64,000 nucleotides of DNA from Gammaproteobacteria bacterium (GCA_965221955.1 CBDCTA010000029.1:32001-96000); one strand, 5' to 3'. Shown: positions 20,985 through 32,156, counted from the stretch's first letter. Numbers and translations are program-made. The notes: generated by a model from the sequence alone, not told the origin.

Positions 20985-21680
20985 TTAATTAATCATTTCA
21001 TAATCTTGTATGGCTTGGACACTTTGAGAATCGATGCATTCACCCGCGCGCAAACGGATGATACGTTTTTGCAAACGCGTGATCAGGTCAAGATCGTGAC
21101 TTGCAATCAATACCGTTACACCAACTTGATTAAAGTCGCAAAATAATTGCATGATTTCTGCTGAAAGCTCAGGATCTAAATTTCCTGTAGGCTCGTCGGC
21201 CAATAAGATTGCAGGCTTATGTACCACGGCGCGTGCAATGCCTACACGCTGCTGTTCACCGCCTGACAAGGTAATAGGCATCATCTGTTCTTTATCTAAC
21301 AAATCCACTTTGTCTAATGCAGCACGCACGCGACGGTTAATATCGACTTGTGCAAAGCCTGCAATTTGTAGCGGTAACGATACATTGTCAAAGACATTGC
21401 GGTCATATAATAAGTGGTGATCTTGAAATACGACTCCCATGTGTCTACGTAGTGCAGGTATTTTGCGTTTCGGAATATGAGTAATATTTTTGCGATTAAT
21501 AAAAACTTGTCCGCGTGTAGGTTTCTCAATTGCCGCTATGAGTTTTAATAAGGTGCTTTTGCCAGCTCCTGATGGCCCAGTTAAAAATGCCATCTCACCT
21601 TGTTCAATGGTTAAATTAAGATGAGTGAGCGCCTCGCGATTGCCCGGATAACGCTTAGTAACATTTTGTAATTCGATCAT
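20985..21680 (-). CDS. ftsE: Cell division ATP-binding protein FtsE
   Basis: GPSGAGKST, LSGGEQQRVGIARA, LADEPTGNLD; between ftsY and ftsX. Confidence 0.96.
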   Translation of the reverse strand: MIELQNVTKRYPGNREALTHLNLTIEQGEMAFLTGPSGAGKSTLLKLIAAIEKPTRGQVFINRKNITHIPKRKIPALRRHMGVVFQDHHLLYDRNVFDNVSLPLQIAGFAQVDINRRVRAALDKVDLLDKEQMMPITLSGGEQQRVGIARAVVHKPAILLADEPTGNLDPELSAEIMQLFCDFNQVGVTVLIASHDLDLITRLQKRIIRLRAGECIDSQSVQAIQDYEMIN

Positions 21681-21684
21681 ACTA

Positions 21685-22632
21685 TTAAGTAATTTCAGCA
21701 GTGATCGGTTCGCGTCCTAGTAAAGCGCCTGCATATTGTTGTGCATTAAATACGCGTAAATCTTCTACAGCTTCGCCTACGCCAATATAACGGATTGGTA
21801 GCTTTAGTTTATCTGCAATCGCTAGCACGATACCGCCTTTGGCACTACCGTCTAATTTAGTAATCGCGATACCAGTAACCCCTATGGCTTGATGAAATTC
21901 TATTGCTTGGTTGATTGCATTTTGTCCGGTGCCACCTTCTAGCACTAACAGCGTTTCATGTGGTGCATCAGGGTCTATTTTTTGCATCGCACGTTTAATC
22001 TTTTGTAGCTCTTGCATTAAATTTTGCTGTGTATGTAAACGTCCAGCAGTATCGGCAATGAGTACATTCACATTACGCGCTTTTGCTGACTGAAAAGCAT
22101 CGAATACGACTGCAGCACTATCAGCACCACTTTTTTGTGCAATGACAGGAGCATTAATACGCTTACCCCATTCTTGTAATTGCTCTACTGCTGCAGCCCG
22201 AAAGGTATCGCCCGCGGCTAGCATCACGGACTGTCGATATTCAACTAAGCGTTGTGCAATTTTTCCTATGGTAGTGGTTTTGCCTGCACCGTTTACTCCC
22301 ACGACTAAAATTGCAAATGGCCGAATTTTTTGCATGATTAAAGGCTTATTACAAGGTAAGAGAATTTCCGCGATGCTTTCTTGTAGGGCGTCATAAAGTA
22401 CATCAACATCCGTCAGCTGTGTGCGGCTCACTCTATCCGTCAAATCAGTAATGATTTTGTTTGTGGTTTCGATCCCTACGTCGGCCATCACCAAACGATC
22501 TTCGATTTCAGTGATTAAATCATCATCCAGCTCTTTTTTGCCTAATACTGCAGTAGCTAAACCCTCAGTGAGTGCATCGCTGGTTTTAGACAAACCTTTG
22601 CGCAAGCGTTGGAAAACTCCTACATCGGTCAT
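21685..22632 (-). CDS. ftsY: SRP receptor FtsY (NG domain only, no acidic A-domain)
   Basis: GVNGAGKTTT, DTFRAAA, DTAGR, TKLDGSAKGG. Confidence 0.96.
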   Translation of the reverse strand: MTDVGVFQRLRKGLSKTSDALTEGLATAVLGKKELDDDLITEIEDRLVMADVGIETTNKIITDLTDRVSRTQLTDVDVLYDALQESIAEILLPCNKPLIMQKIRPFAILVVGVNGAGKTTTIGKIAQRLVEYRQSVMLAAGDTFRAAAVEQLQEWGKRINAPVIAQKSGADSAAVVFDAFQSAKARNVNVLIADTAGRLHTQQNLMQELQKIKRAMQKIDPDAPHETLLVLEGGTGQNAINQAIEFHQAIGVTGIAITKLDGSAKGGIVLAIADKLKLPIRYIGVGEAVEDLRVFNAQQYAGALLGREPITAEIT

Positions 22633-22773
22633 AAAACCAACCCAAGAAATATTAACTGTGGCAGTGTGAATTTAGGCATAGATTTGGAACAAAAGTTTAT
22701 AGTATGGTCTAAACAATAATGCTGTACATAAAACGGCGCTAATCCTAACATCAAGTAGATTCACACGTAACAA

Positions 22774-24186
22774 ATGAAGTTAATAAAATTTTTGCCACTT
22801 TGGCTGTTGGTCTTAGTTGGCTGCGCCAATATTTCTTCTGATTCTTCTGAGCAGAATCCGAGCTCAGTTGAGACCGCTATCATCAGTGATACTGCGTTAA
22901 AGGTCCACGAAAAAACTTTTGCTAATGGTATGAAGGTGATCATTAAAGAAGATCATCGTGCACCTGTGGTGATCTCCCAAGTTTGGTATCAAGTCGGTTC
23001 GGCGCAAGAGCACAGTGGCATTACTGGCGTGTCTCATGTGTTAGAGCATATGATGTTTAAAGGCACTGAAAAATATCCTTCGGGTGCTTTTTCATCCATG
23101 GTTGCTGAAATTGGTGCACGTGATAATGCATTTACCGGTCGTGACTATACGGCTTATTATCAACTGATGGGTAAGCAGCATTTAGAACTTAGTTTTGAGC
23201 TCGAAGCAGATCGCATGTTGAATTTAATTCTTGCAGAAGAAGACTTTAATAGTGAAGTAGAAGTGGTCAAAGAAGAGAGGAGACTGCGAACCGACGACAA
23301 TCCTAACGCTCGTGTGTATGAGCAACTCTATTCGACTGCATTTATTAACAACCCTTACCATCATCCTATCATTGGTTGGATGAATGATTTAGATAATCTT
23401 GAAATTGCCGACTTAGCAGACTGGTACCAGCGTTGGTATACCCCAAATAATGCTACTTTAGTCGTGGTGGGCGATGTGGAGCCTATGCAAGTATTTAGTT
23501 TGGCAGAAAAATATTTTGCTAGCCTACCGAGTCGTGAAGTTAAAGCCAGTAAACCGCGTCTTGAGCACCCACAAACAGGTACACGCAGAGTAACTGTCAA
23601 AGCGGTTGCAAAGTTGCCTTACATCATGCTGGGCTACAAAGTGCCTTCTCTCGCGACTGCACAAGAAGATTGGGAGCCGTATGCATTGTCAGTGCTAGGT
23701 GGAGTGCTCGATGGTGGTCGCAGTGCTCGCTTGAGTAAACGTTTAGTGCGAGAAAAAGAATTAGTTTCTGGAGCAGGTGCTGGTTATAACTTATTTGCGC
23801 GATACTCAACATTATTTTTATTTGATGCAACCCCAACAGAAAAGCACAACATTGAAGAGGTAGAGCAAGCCCTATATGGGGAAATTAAAGATCTACAGCA
23901 AAACTTAGTGAGTGATCAAGAACTAAATCGTGTTAAAGCACAAGTAATTGCTAGTGAGGTTTATCAACAAGATTCTATTCAACGTCAAGCGACCGTGATC
24001 GGTAGTTTGGAAACTGTGGGCTTGGGTTGGCAATTAATGGGCGAATATAGACAACGCATTAATTCGATAACGGCTGAACAAGTGCGTGAAGTCGCACGCA
24101 AATACTTAGTTGAAGAGGGTCTTACCGTTGCGTTATTACAACCAATCGAGCGTGTGGCGGAAAATAAATCGCCCAGTCATAAATAA
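22774..24186 (+). CDS. M16B zinc peptidase, catalytic subunit (probable lipoprotein)
   Basis: HVLEH inverted zinc motif; lipobox LVGC. Confidence 0.93.
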   Translation: MKLIKFLPLWLLVLVGCANISSDSSEQNPSSVETAIISDTALKVHEKTFANGMKVIIKEDHRAPVVISQVWYQVGSAQEHSGITGVSHVLEHMMFKGTEKYPSGAFSSMVAEIGARDNAFTGRDYTAYYQLMGKQHLELSFELEADRMLNLILAEEDFNSEVEVVKEERRLRTDDNPNARVYEQLYSTAFINNPYHHPIIGWMNDLDNLEIADLADWYQRWYTPNNATLVVVGDVEPMQVFSLAEKYFASLPSREVKASKPRLEHPQTGTRRVTVKAVAKLPYIMLGYKVPSLATAQEDWEPYALSVLGGVLDGGRSARLSKRLVREKELVSGAGAGYNLFARYSTLFLFDATPTEKHNIEEVEQALYGEIKDLQQNLVSDQELNRVKAQVIASEVYQQDSIQRQATVIGSLETVGLGWQLMGEYRQRINSITAEQVREVARKYLVEEGLTVALLQPIERVAENKSPSHK

Positions 24187-24210
24187 GCCATAAATAAAAA
24201 TCTAAATCTT

Positions 24211-25539
24211 ATGAAATTCAAAATTTTCTTATTGAGTCTGGTCGGGATTAGTTTAATTCAGCCGGTCATTGCCGCACCTCAAATCGAACAATGGCAAACC
24301 TCCAACGGAGTTAAAACTTTATTTGTTGCAGCACCTGAATTACCAATGTTGGATATTGCGATCACGCTTGATGCGGGCAGTGGTCGTGACGGTGAACTTG
24401 CAGGACTTTCGCAGTTAACACATAGCATGTTGAATGCAGGTGCAGGCGATCTCAATGCTGACGATGTTGCGGAAAAATTTGAACAACTAGGCGCACAATT
24501 TGGAGCCAGTGCAAGCCTGGATCGTTCCAGCGTTACATTACGAAGTCTTACCGATGCAGAATTATTTACGCCAGCCTTAGAAACATTTATCGCAATCGTA
24601 ACTCAGCCAAGCCTTCCTAAAAAAGATTTTAAGCGTTTAAAAAATCAGGCACTAATCGCGATTAAAGATTCCTCGCAACGACCTGGCGACATGGCAAGTC
24701 GAGCTTTCTATAAAGCGATCTATAAGGATCATCCCTATGCTCATCCAGCGTTGGGGTATAAGCAAACGATTGAAGCGATTCGTTTGCAAGACATAAAAAG
24801 CTTCCATCAACAATACTTTGTAGCTGAAAATGCTTTAATTGCTATGGTCGGCGGCATTGATGTTGCGCAAGCAAAAGAAATTGCTGAAAAAATATCAAGC
24901 AGTTTCAAACAAGGTACTAAGCCAATTCCTCTTCAGGCGCCACAAATTACTGAAGAAGTAGCAGATATTTACATTCCTTTCCCATCACAACAGGCGCATG
25001 TGTATTTAGGGAAATTAGGCATACCACGTGGTCATTCTGACTACTTTTCATTATATGTTGGGAATCATGTATTGGGTGGCGGAGGGTTTACTTCACGTCT
25101 AGTAAAGGAAGTGCGAGTAGAACGAGGACTCTCTTACAGTGTATATAGTTATTTTTTTCCACTATATGAAGCAGGGCCGTTTACCTTGGGCTTGCAAACG
25201 CGCACCGATCAAGCTCAACAAGCCGCAGAAGTTTCATCGCAAACCATTAGTCAATTTGTGAGTGAAGGCCCAACAGACAAAGAACTTAGTTTAGCAAAGA
25301 ATAATATTGTCGGCGGATTTCCATTACGTATCGACAGTAACCGCGATATTTTAGGTTACTTGTCTTTGATTGGGTATTATCAGTTGCCTCTCGACTATTT
25401 AGAAACGTTTACTCAAAACATTTCGAATGTGACGCAAGAGCAAATACGTGATGCGTTTACTAAGCACTTAGATACTAAAAGACTCGTCAAAATTATTGTT
25501 GGCGGACCAGAAATTGAATCAAATCCTGGTGGCGAATAA
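24211..25539 (+). CDS. M16B peptidase, non-catalytic partner subunit
   Basis: Lacks HxxEH; carries the R/Y motif VRVERGLSYSV; signal peptide. Confidence 0.9.
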   Translation: MKFKIFLLSLVGISLIQPVIAAPQIEQWQTSNGVKTLFVAAPELPMLDIAITLDAGSGRDGELAGLSQLTHSMLNAGAGDLNADDVAEKFEQLGAQFGASASLDRSSVTLRSLTDAELFTPALETFIAIVTQPSLPKKDFKRLKNQALIAIKDSSQRPGDMASRAFYKAIYKDHPYAHPALGYKQTIEAIRLQDIKSFHQQYFVAENALIAMVGGIDVAQAKEIAEKISSSFKQGTKPIPLQAPQITEEVADIYIPFPSQQAHVYLGKLGIPRGHSDYFSLYVGNHVLGGGGFTSRLVKEVRVERGLSYSVYSYFFPLYEAGPFTLGLQTRTDQAQQAAEVSSQTISQFVSEGPTDKELSLAKNNIVGGFPLRIDSNRDILGYLSLIGYYQLPLDYLETFTQNISNVTQEQIRDAFTKHLDTKRLVKIIVGGPEIESNPGGE

Positions 25540-26089
25540 AAATAGTCTGCGTATTATCGGCGGTAAATGGCGTAGTCGTCGCATTCAATTTATCAACTCA
25601 GAAAAGATTCGTCCCACTCCTGACCGTGTGCGTGAAACGGTTTTTAATTGGTTAACTGGGTATATTAATGGTGCGAATTGTTTAGATTTGTTTGCTGGCA
25701 GTGGCGCACTCGCTTTTGAAGCCATTTCGCGCGGAGCACAACACGCAGTACTGGTTGAAGACGATGTAAAAATTGTCACGCAACTAAAGCAACAAAAAGA
25801 ACTACTACAAGCAGATACAGTTGAAATTAAACAGCAGAATGCACTGAGTTATGTGCGAGAGCTTAATCAGCAATACGATGTTATATTTCTTGATCCTCCC
25901 TTTAATACTGATTTTCTAGATAAGGTGATCCCCGTGATTTTGAAAAAACAATTAATTTCGCCTAGCGGTTTATTGTATGTAGAATCATCTTCTAGTAAGC
26001 CAGCTTGCAAAGACTTAAATTCATTAAATTGTGTGCGTGAAAAAGTCACTGGTGAAGTACGCTATGCGCTTTATTCATTACAACATTGA
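25529..26089 (+). CDS. rsmD: 16S rRNA m2G966 methyltransferase RsmD
   Basis: LRIIGGKWR, RPTPDRVRETVFNWL, DLFAGSG, DPPF; GTG 25529 likely start. Confidence 0.95.
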   Translation: MANKNSLRIIGGKWRSRRIQFINSEKIRPTPDRVRETVFNWLTGYINGANCLDLFAGSGALAFEAISRGAQHAVLVEDDVKIVTQLKQQKELLQADTVEIKQQNALSYVRELNQQYDVIFLDPPFNTDFLDKVIPVILKKQLISPSGLLYVESSSSKPACKDLNSLNCVREKVTGEVRYALYSLQH

Positions 26090-26127
26090 TTGCAAAGTAC
26101 AAAATTAATTGTCCTTCTGGTGGGTAA

Positions 26128-26631
<504 letters not shown>

Positions 26632-26647
26632 TCTTATTTGCTTTTTC

Positions 26648-28408
26648 ATGAGCAACGTTAGGCAGTGTGTATTAGATAAGTTATTTTATTTAATACTTTT
26701 TATATCGTTGTCGTTTACGGCTTGTGACAAGTCTTCTCAGACACCTTCAACGTCATCTGAAAACCAGACACAAAAAGAATTCGCTGTGGCAAGCGCACAC
26801 CCATTAGCCACTCAAGCTGGGATCGAGATCTTGCAACAAGGAGGTAACGCCTTCGATGCTGCGGTTGCAGTTACGGCTGTGTTAGCAGTGGTTGAGCCCT
26901 ATGCTTCTGGATTAGGTGGTGGTGGTTTTTGGTTATTGCATTTTTCTGATGAAGGTCATGATGTAATGATTGATGGCCGCGAAGTGGCGCCATTGGCAGC
27001 TACGCGTGATATGTACATTGGTGCGGATGGCAAACCTACAAAACAGTCGATAACCGGGCCTTTGGCAGCCGGTATACCAGGCACTCCTGCAGCGATTGTG
27101 CATGTTGCAGAAAATTATGGTCGTTTACCTTTAACACAAAGTCTCGCGCCAGCCATTCAGTTAGCACGTGACGGATTTGAACTCTCTGACTTCTATGCAA
27201 AGCGTGCCAAAGTAGTATTCGAACGCTTACAAAGTTTTCCACAAACTACAGAAATTTTTTTACCGCAAGGTGAAATACCACAAGCCGGAACTATTTTGCA
27301 GCAAACAGACCTTGCAAATGTATTAGCACAAATTGCAAAACAAGGCACTGATGGATTTTATCGTGGTGAGGTTGCAGAAACTTTGGTTGCAAGTGTGCAG
27401 CGAGCTGGAGGTATATGGCAATTAGAAGATTTAGATAATTATCAAGTTGTAGAGAGGCAACCAATAGTAGGCAAATATAAAAATTTAGAACTTGTGAGTG
27501 CGGCCTTGCCTTCTTCAGGCGGCATTGTGATGTTACAGATTTTAAATATGTTGTCACAGCTTGATTTACAAGCGATGAATGATGTGCAGCGCAAACACAC
27601 TATTATTGAAGCTATGCGACGTGCATATCATGATCGTGCGCAATTTTTAGGTGATCAAGATTTTATTGATGTGCAAGTAGATGAGTTGCTCTCAATGCCC
27701 CACGCAAAAAAACGTTGGACTGACTTTAGTGCAAAACATGCAACTGAGAGTGAAAGTTATTTGCAACATAAACCGGTTGAACTTCCCTCACTTAAACCTT
27801 CATCAATTAAAGAAGAAGCGCAGAACACTACGCATTTTTCCATATTGGATCAGCATGGTAACCGTGTTGCTGCTACGCTCTCGATTAACTATTACTTCGG
27901 TTCTGGATTTGTCGCGGAAGGCACTGGTGTGTTACTGAATAATGAAATGGATGATTTTTCCATTCAACCAGGGCATGCTAACTTATGGGGTTTAGTGGGA
28001 ACTGAAGCCAATGCCATAGAACCAGGCAAGCGTATGTTATCTAGTATGTCGCCAACCTTTTTAAGTGACGGTCAACGCGTTGCAATTTTAGGCACACCTG
28101 GCGGCAGTCGGATTATTAGTATGGTGTTGTTATCTTCGCTTGCCTTTATTGAAGGCGCTACAGTTGAACAGATGGTGAATTTGCCACGCTATCATCATCA
28201 GTTTCTACCAGATGAAATTCAATATGAAAGTGGTGCGTTGCCGAATAACTTGATTCGCGAGTTGCAGTCTATGGGGCATCGCTTGAAAGATCTTGGACGT
28301 AGTTATGGAAATATGCACGCGATTGTGTGGGATGCAAAAACCAAACAAGTTACAGCTGCTAGCGACCCTAGAGGCATAGGCACAGCAATCGTTGGATCAA
28401 ATCCGTAA
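26648..28408 (+). CDS. ggt: Gamma-glutamyltransferase
   Basis: GGNAFDAAVA, TTHFS nucleophile, LNNEMDDF, SSMSPT, GTPGGSRI, DPR. Confidence 0.95.
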   Translation: MSNVRQCVLDKLFYLILFISLSFTACDKSSQTPSTSSENQTQKEFAVASAHPLATQAGIEILQQGGNAFDAAVAVTAVLAVVEPYASGLGGGGFWLLHFSDEGHDVMIDGREVAPLAATRDMYIGADGKPTKQSITGPLAAGIPGTPAAIVHVAENYGRLPLTQSLAPAIQLARDGFELSDFYAKRAKVVFERLQSFPQTTEIFLPQGEIPQAGTILQQTDLANVLAQIAKQGTDGFYRGEVAETLVASVQRAGGIWQLEDLDNYQVVERQPIVGKYKNLELVSAALPSSGGIVMLQILNMLSQLDLQAMNDVQRKHTIIEAMRRAYHDRAQFLGDQDFIDVQVDELLSMPHAKKRWTDFSAKHATESESYLQHKPVELPSLKPSSIKEEAQNTTHFSILDQHGNRVAATLSINYYFGSGFVAEGTGVLLNNEMDDFSIQPGHANLWGLVGTEANAIEPGKRMLSSMSPTFLSDGQRVAILGTPGGSRIISMVLLSSLAFIEGATVEQMVNLPRYHHQFLPDEIQYESGALPNNLIRELQSMGHRLKDLGRSYGNMHAIVWDAKTKQVTAASDPRGIGTAIVGSNP

Positions 28409-29028
28409 TGCAGCTGGTTTATTTCGCAAGCCCGATGTGTTCCTGGTGTTGGGGGTTCTCGCCAGTGATACAACAATTAGAGGCTAGTTATGGCATGGAT
28501 AAAATTCGTTTGGTGTTAACGCCTTTTCGAGTCGATACTACCGAACCTATGGACGATGCATTACGGAATTATGTATTGGGACAATGGCATAAGGTACATC
28601 AAGCAACAGGACAAGCTTTCGATTTTCGTTTTGCGATGCCGGATGATTTTATCTATAACACTACTTTAGTGTGTTTGAGTATTAAGGCTTTTTGTAAGCA
28701 ACTTCCTGCGCAGGAATTAGAATATATGCGCGTGTTGCAGCAGGCGTACTATACTGAAAACCAAAACCTGACTAGCAAAGCCGTATTGTTACAAATTGTG
28801 CAAGGGTTTGATTTAGATATCAAATCGTTTAAGCAAGACTTGTTTGGCCAGCAAGTAAAGCTCGAGCTCAACGAAGATTTTTCTTTATGCCAACAACTTG
28901 CAGTGCAAAGTTATCCCACGCTTATGCTGCATCAGCAAGATGACTATCATCTGATCGCTAACGGTTATTTGCCGTTTGAGCAAGTAAATCAGAAGCTTGA
29001 ATATTTGCTTACTAAGCAGATGTGCTAA
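28408..29028 (+). CDS. DsbA-family (DSBA-like thioredoxin) protein
   Basis: PMCSWCWGFSP and SYPTL cis-Pro loop. Confidence 0.9.
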   Translation: MQLVYFASPMCSWCWGFSPVIQQLEASYGMDKIRLVLTPFRVDTTEPMDDALRNYVLGQWHKVHQATGQAFDFRFAMPDDFIYNTTLVCLSIKAFCKQLPAQELEYMRVLQQAYYTENQNLTSKAVLLQIVQGFDLDIKSFKQDLFGQQVKLELNEDFSLCQQLAVQSYPTLMLHQQDDYHLIANGYLPFEQVNQKLEYLLTKQMC

Positions 29029-29049
29029 CCAAATGAGGCGAATGTGGGT

Positions 29050-29220
29050 TTATTTGTTATCTGTAACAGAACTATTTTTCGTGGACTCGGTTTCATTATC
29101 TTTGTAGGAGTTACGCAGAATTTCGATCTGCCAAGTTTGTAAAGTATCTGCATCTGTGAGCACAAAGGTGTCCTCACCAACTTTGCTAATTGAATAGCGC
29201 TCTTTATCCGAAAGATCCAT
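29050..29220 (-). CDS. Small hypothetical protein (56 aa), below the ORF-track cutoff
   Basis: MDLSDKERYSISKVGEDTFVLTDADTLQTWQIEILRNSYKDNETESTKNSSVTDNK; protein-like composition, fills an otherwise empty gap. Confidence 0.5.
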   Translation of the reverse strand: MDLSDKERYSISKVGEDTFVLTDADTLQTWQIEILRNSYKDNETESTKNSSVTDNK

Positions 29221-29385
29221 GAAAGTTTAAATATATTTAACACAAGTGATTCAGCTCATTATTTTGAAGGCTTTCACAAAATTTCACTCGCGGAGAATGA
29301 TGCGTGGCAGCATCCCAGCAACGAATGACCATGCCATATGACAGCCGGTCATAATTAAGATTCCAATGGGTGGGCAATGATGTAA

Positions 29386-30255
29386 CTATTTCTTTTTTAG
29401 AAAGGTTTTGATCTTTTCGCACACAGGATTTGCGGCCAAAATACGAAAGTGCCCTTTATGCTGGGTAGTAAATAATTCTGCATTGATGCTTTGAGCCACA
29501 GTTTGCGCTTCAGCAAAGGGTACGATGCGGTCTTGCTTGTCATGAATCACCAAGCTTGAGCCAGAGAATTTCTGCATAAACGCAACTGCAGACATCGTTT
29601 CGATGTCTCGATTAGCCATTTTTTTCAGTCTTCGACGAAAGATTTTAAGCACGCTTGTAGGTAATCGCATAGCTTGTATGAATGAAGCAAATATATCACT
29701 CAGCTCGTTTGGGCCAGCAATAAGCACCATTTTCTCAATCATTTGCGCTTGCGATGTTCTTGTTAAGTGCTCAAATGTATAGGCATTTGCCAGGGTGCCA
29801 AACGAATGACCTATGAATGCAGAAACGGGTGGGCAACTTTCCAGCACAGTTAATAATGCCTTGGTATTACACAACAAATTAGTTTGTTTACCAGAAGAAT
29901 TTCCATGTGCAGGGCTATCATGTGCCACTACATCAAAGCCATTATTAATTAAATGTGAAATGATAGGTGCAAAGTTCAGCGCATGACCTCCCCAGCCGTG
30001 CGTAAATAATACGGTTTTTGCGTTATTTAAGTTATCTGTATTTTTCCAGCGATACACTGCAATTTTATATTCATCGCTGTGAACAAAAAATTGTTCGGCA
30101 TTGTGGAGCAACTTCGTTTCAATTTCACTGAGAGGTTTTTTGCGTATTCTAGGCCTACAAAAAAAAGACCAAGCTAGTTTAGCGGCTAACTTGGGAGAAA
30201 ATATCGCAACCGTTCTAAGAAAGCTGCTTAAAATTATTTTTAGTATGTTTTCCAA
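29386..30255 (-). CDS. Alpha/beta hydrolase
   Basis: HGWGG, PAHGNS, GHSFG nucleophile elbow, HDKQD, GHFRIL. Confidence 0.9.
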   Translation of the reverse strand: MENILKIILSSFLRTVAIFSPKLAAKLAWSFFCRPRIRKKPLSEIETKLLHNAEQFFVHSDEYKIAVYRWKNTDNLNNAKTVLFTHGWGGHALNFAPIISHLINNGFDVVAHDSPAHGNSSGKQTNLLCNTKALLTVLESCPPVSAFIGHSFGTLANAYTFEHLTRTSQAQMIEKMVLIAGPNELSDIFASFIQAMRLPTSVLKIFRRRLKKMANRDIETMSAVAFMQKFSGSSLVIHDKQDRIVPFAEAQTVAQSINAELFTTQHKGHFRILAANPVCEKIKTFLKKK

Positions 30256-30273
30256 AAAAGGAGGTTGTTGTGA

Positions 30274-31086
30274 TTAGTGTTGACACTGTACACAAAAGAA
30301 GCTGCTGCGTTGACCGATTGTGCGTACTTTTATTGGATTTTTACATACTGGGCAAGGTTTTCCGGTTTGGTTATATACATTTAATTGGTTGGCAAAGTAA
30401 CCGGGCTTACCGTCTTCACGTACAAAGTCGCGCAAAGTAGTGCCCCCTAATTTAATAGCATTAGCGAGGACTGTTTTAATATTATTTGCAAGAACATTGT
30501 AGCGTGCCAAAGAGATTCTACCTGCTGCACGTTGCGGATGTATGCCACTTAAAAATAGAGATTCACTAGCATAAATATTACCTACCCCGACGACAATATG
30601 GCTATTCATAATAAAATTTTTAACACTTACTTTTTTAGCCCGGGCAAGACGATGCAAGTGTGTACCATTAAAATCTTCGCTCAACGGTTCAGGGCCTAGC
30701 TTTAGTAACAATTTATGTTGCAATGGATCTTTATTTGTCCATAAAACCGCACCAAAACGCCTAGGGTCATGAAAGCGTAATGTTTTTTTATCAAATACTA
30801 TATCGACGTGGTCATGTTTGCGTGGTTCGGTTTGTGGTTTAATCATGCGCAAACTACCTGACATACCCAAGTGAAGAATTAAGTGTCCTGTTTCAGTTGC
30901 AAACAATAAATATTTCGCACGGCGCTTAATATCTAAAATTTTTTGGTGTTTAAGTTTTTGTTTGAGGTTGCGGGGCACAGGCCAACGCAAATTGGTTTGA
31001 CGGACAACTACATTTTCAATTTTTTTGTTTTTTACATACGGTGTGATACCGCGACGAGTTGTCTCTACTTCGGGTAATTCGGGCAT
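30274..31086 (-). CDS. mutM: Formamidopyrimidine-DNA glycosylase
   Basis: MPELPEVET, HLGMSG, GVGNIYASE, C-terminal zinc finger. Confidence 0.97.
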   Translation of the reverse strand: MPELPEVETTRRGITPYVKNKKIENVVVRQTNLRWPVPRNLKQKLKHQKILDIKRRAKYLLFATETGHLILHLGMSGSLRMIKPQTEPRKHDHVDIVFDKKTLRFHDPRRFGAVLWTNKDPLQHKLLLKLGPEPLSEDFNGTHLHRLARAKKVSVKNFIMNSHIVVGVGNIYASESLFLSGIHPQRAAGRISLARYNVLANNIKTVLANAIKLGGTTLRDFVREDGKPGYFANQLNVYNQTGKPCPVCKNPIKVRTIGQRSSFFCVQCQH

Positions 31087-31109
31087 TTAGGATAAATCAA
31101 AGTTTCCTG

Positions 31110-32156
31110 TCAGGCTTGGTAAAAGGCTTCAATTTCAACTAGTAGATTCTCTCGACACATATCACCGAGTAATAGTGCGCGTGGTGTAGTATTAGAGAGC
31201 CTCGCGGCTAACACTTGCTTAATCTGCTCTACGTCTTCACGGTGACGGATGTAGACCTTCATATATAACAGATCATCTTGTGCATTCAGTTTGGTTTGAA
31301 ATTTATCGTTCGCATGCGCCACTAAAGTTTCGACATTGTTAATAGCCTCATTTAATTGCGCACAAACATCATCAATATGTAAAGTTTCATGTCCAACAAT
31401 GCTTGCCGTGCCTGACACATAAAAATGTGTGCGTGGGCCCCAGGTTTTAATCAAGCCGCGGGAAAATAATGGTTGTGTATGGCGATCTTCTACTGGGTAA
31501 TCATATGCGCTGGTTTGGCGTGGGTTCTCAACCGCTGTACCTGGAGTGTCGCTGGCTAAAAAATAAATCTGAAATTTATCTTCATGATTACCGATTACAG
31601 TTGCTGCCGGATAGATCTTGGTTTTAACGCCGCAGGCTTGCATCGCTTGCAGTCTGCCACGACAAAAGGTTTCATAGCGATTTAGTTCGGGTTGTTGTCT
31701 ATCTACAATGGTGATGCCTGGAAAGAAATTCCATGTGCGCAGTAAATGTTTACAAGTCGTATTCTTTAGGCATTGATAAATTTCACTATAGGCTTGCTCA
31801 GTCAAGGTTTGTAAATCTGCATCCGCAGAACATGCTAGTTCGATAAAGCCAAACAACATTTGTGGAGTACAGGCATAACGAATATTTTTATAGCTATCTT
31901 GGGCAACACGCTGATCAGTGAACCAATATTGCGCAAAAAGATTGGCGCCTAGCAGCTCTAATTCGGTTTGAATCGATAAGCAATTTTGCTGCTGGCTGGC
32001 AATATTGCCGAAATAAAGATGTGTCAGTAAGGGTTGTTGAATGGGCAGCCTGTCCACATCTTCGCTGACCACGATGTCTAATGCAGCGGGGTCGTTCTTG
32101 TCCAAATCTAAGCTCATGAAACTACTGTAGCGTGCTAGCTGATGTCTCGCTAGCAA
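31110..32156 (-). CDS. FkbO/Hyg5/XanB2-like chorismatase ('pteridine-dependent deoxygenase-like')
   Basis: LLRTWNF, PAATVIG, ENPRQTSAYDYP, FSRG, VSGTASIVGHET, CRENLLVEIEA. Confidence 0.82.
   Translation of the reverse strand: MLARHQLARYSSFMSLDLDKNDPAALDIVVSEDVDRLPIQQPLLTHLYFGNIASQQQNCLSIQTELELLGANLFAQYWFTDQRVAQDSYKNIRYACTPQMLFGFIELACSADADLQTLTEQAYSEIYQCLKNTTCKHLLRTWNFFPGITIVDRQQPELNRYETFCRGRLQAMQACGVKTKIYPAATVIGNHEDKFQIYFLASDTPGTAVENPRQTSAYDYPVEDRHTQPLFSRGLIKTWGPRTHFYVSGTASIVGHETLHIDDVCAQLNEAINNVETLVAHANDKFQTKLNAQDDLLYMKVYIRHREDVEQIKQVLAARLSNTTPRALLLGDMCRENLLVEIEAFYQA

Noticed and set aside
29325-29352. ATGACC...GGTCAT at 28-bp spacing as another cassette site
   Set aside because: Only the outer 6 bp fit; the inner GCT/AGC arms and both spacer types are absent.
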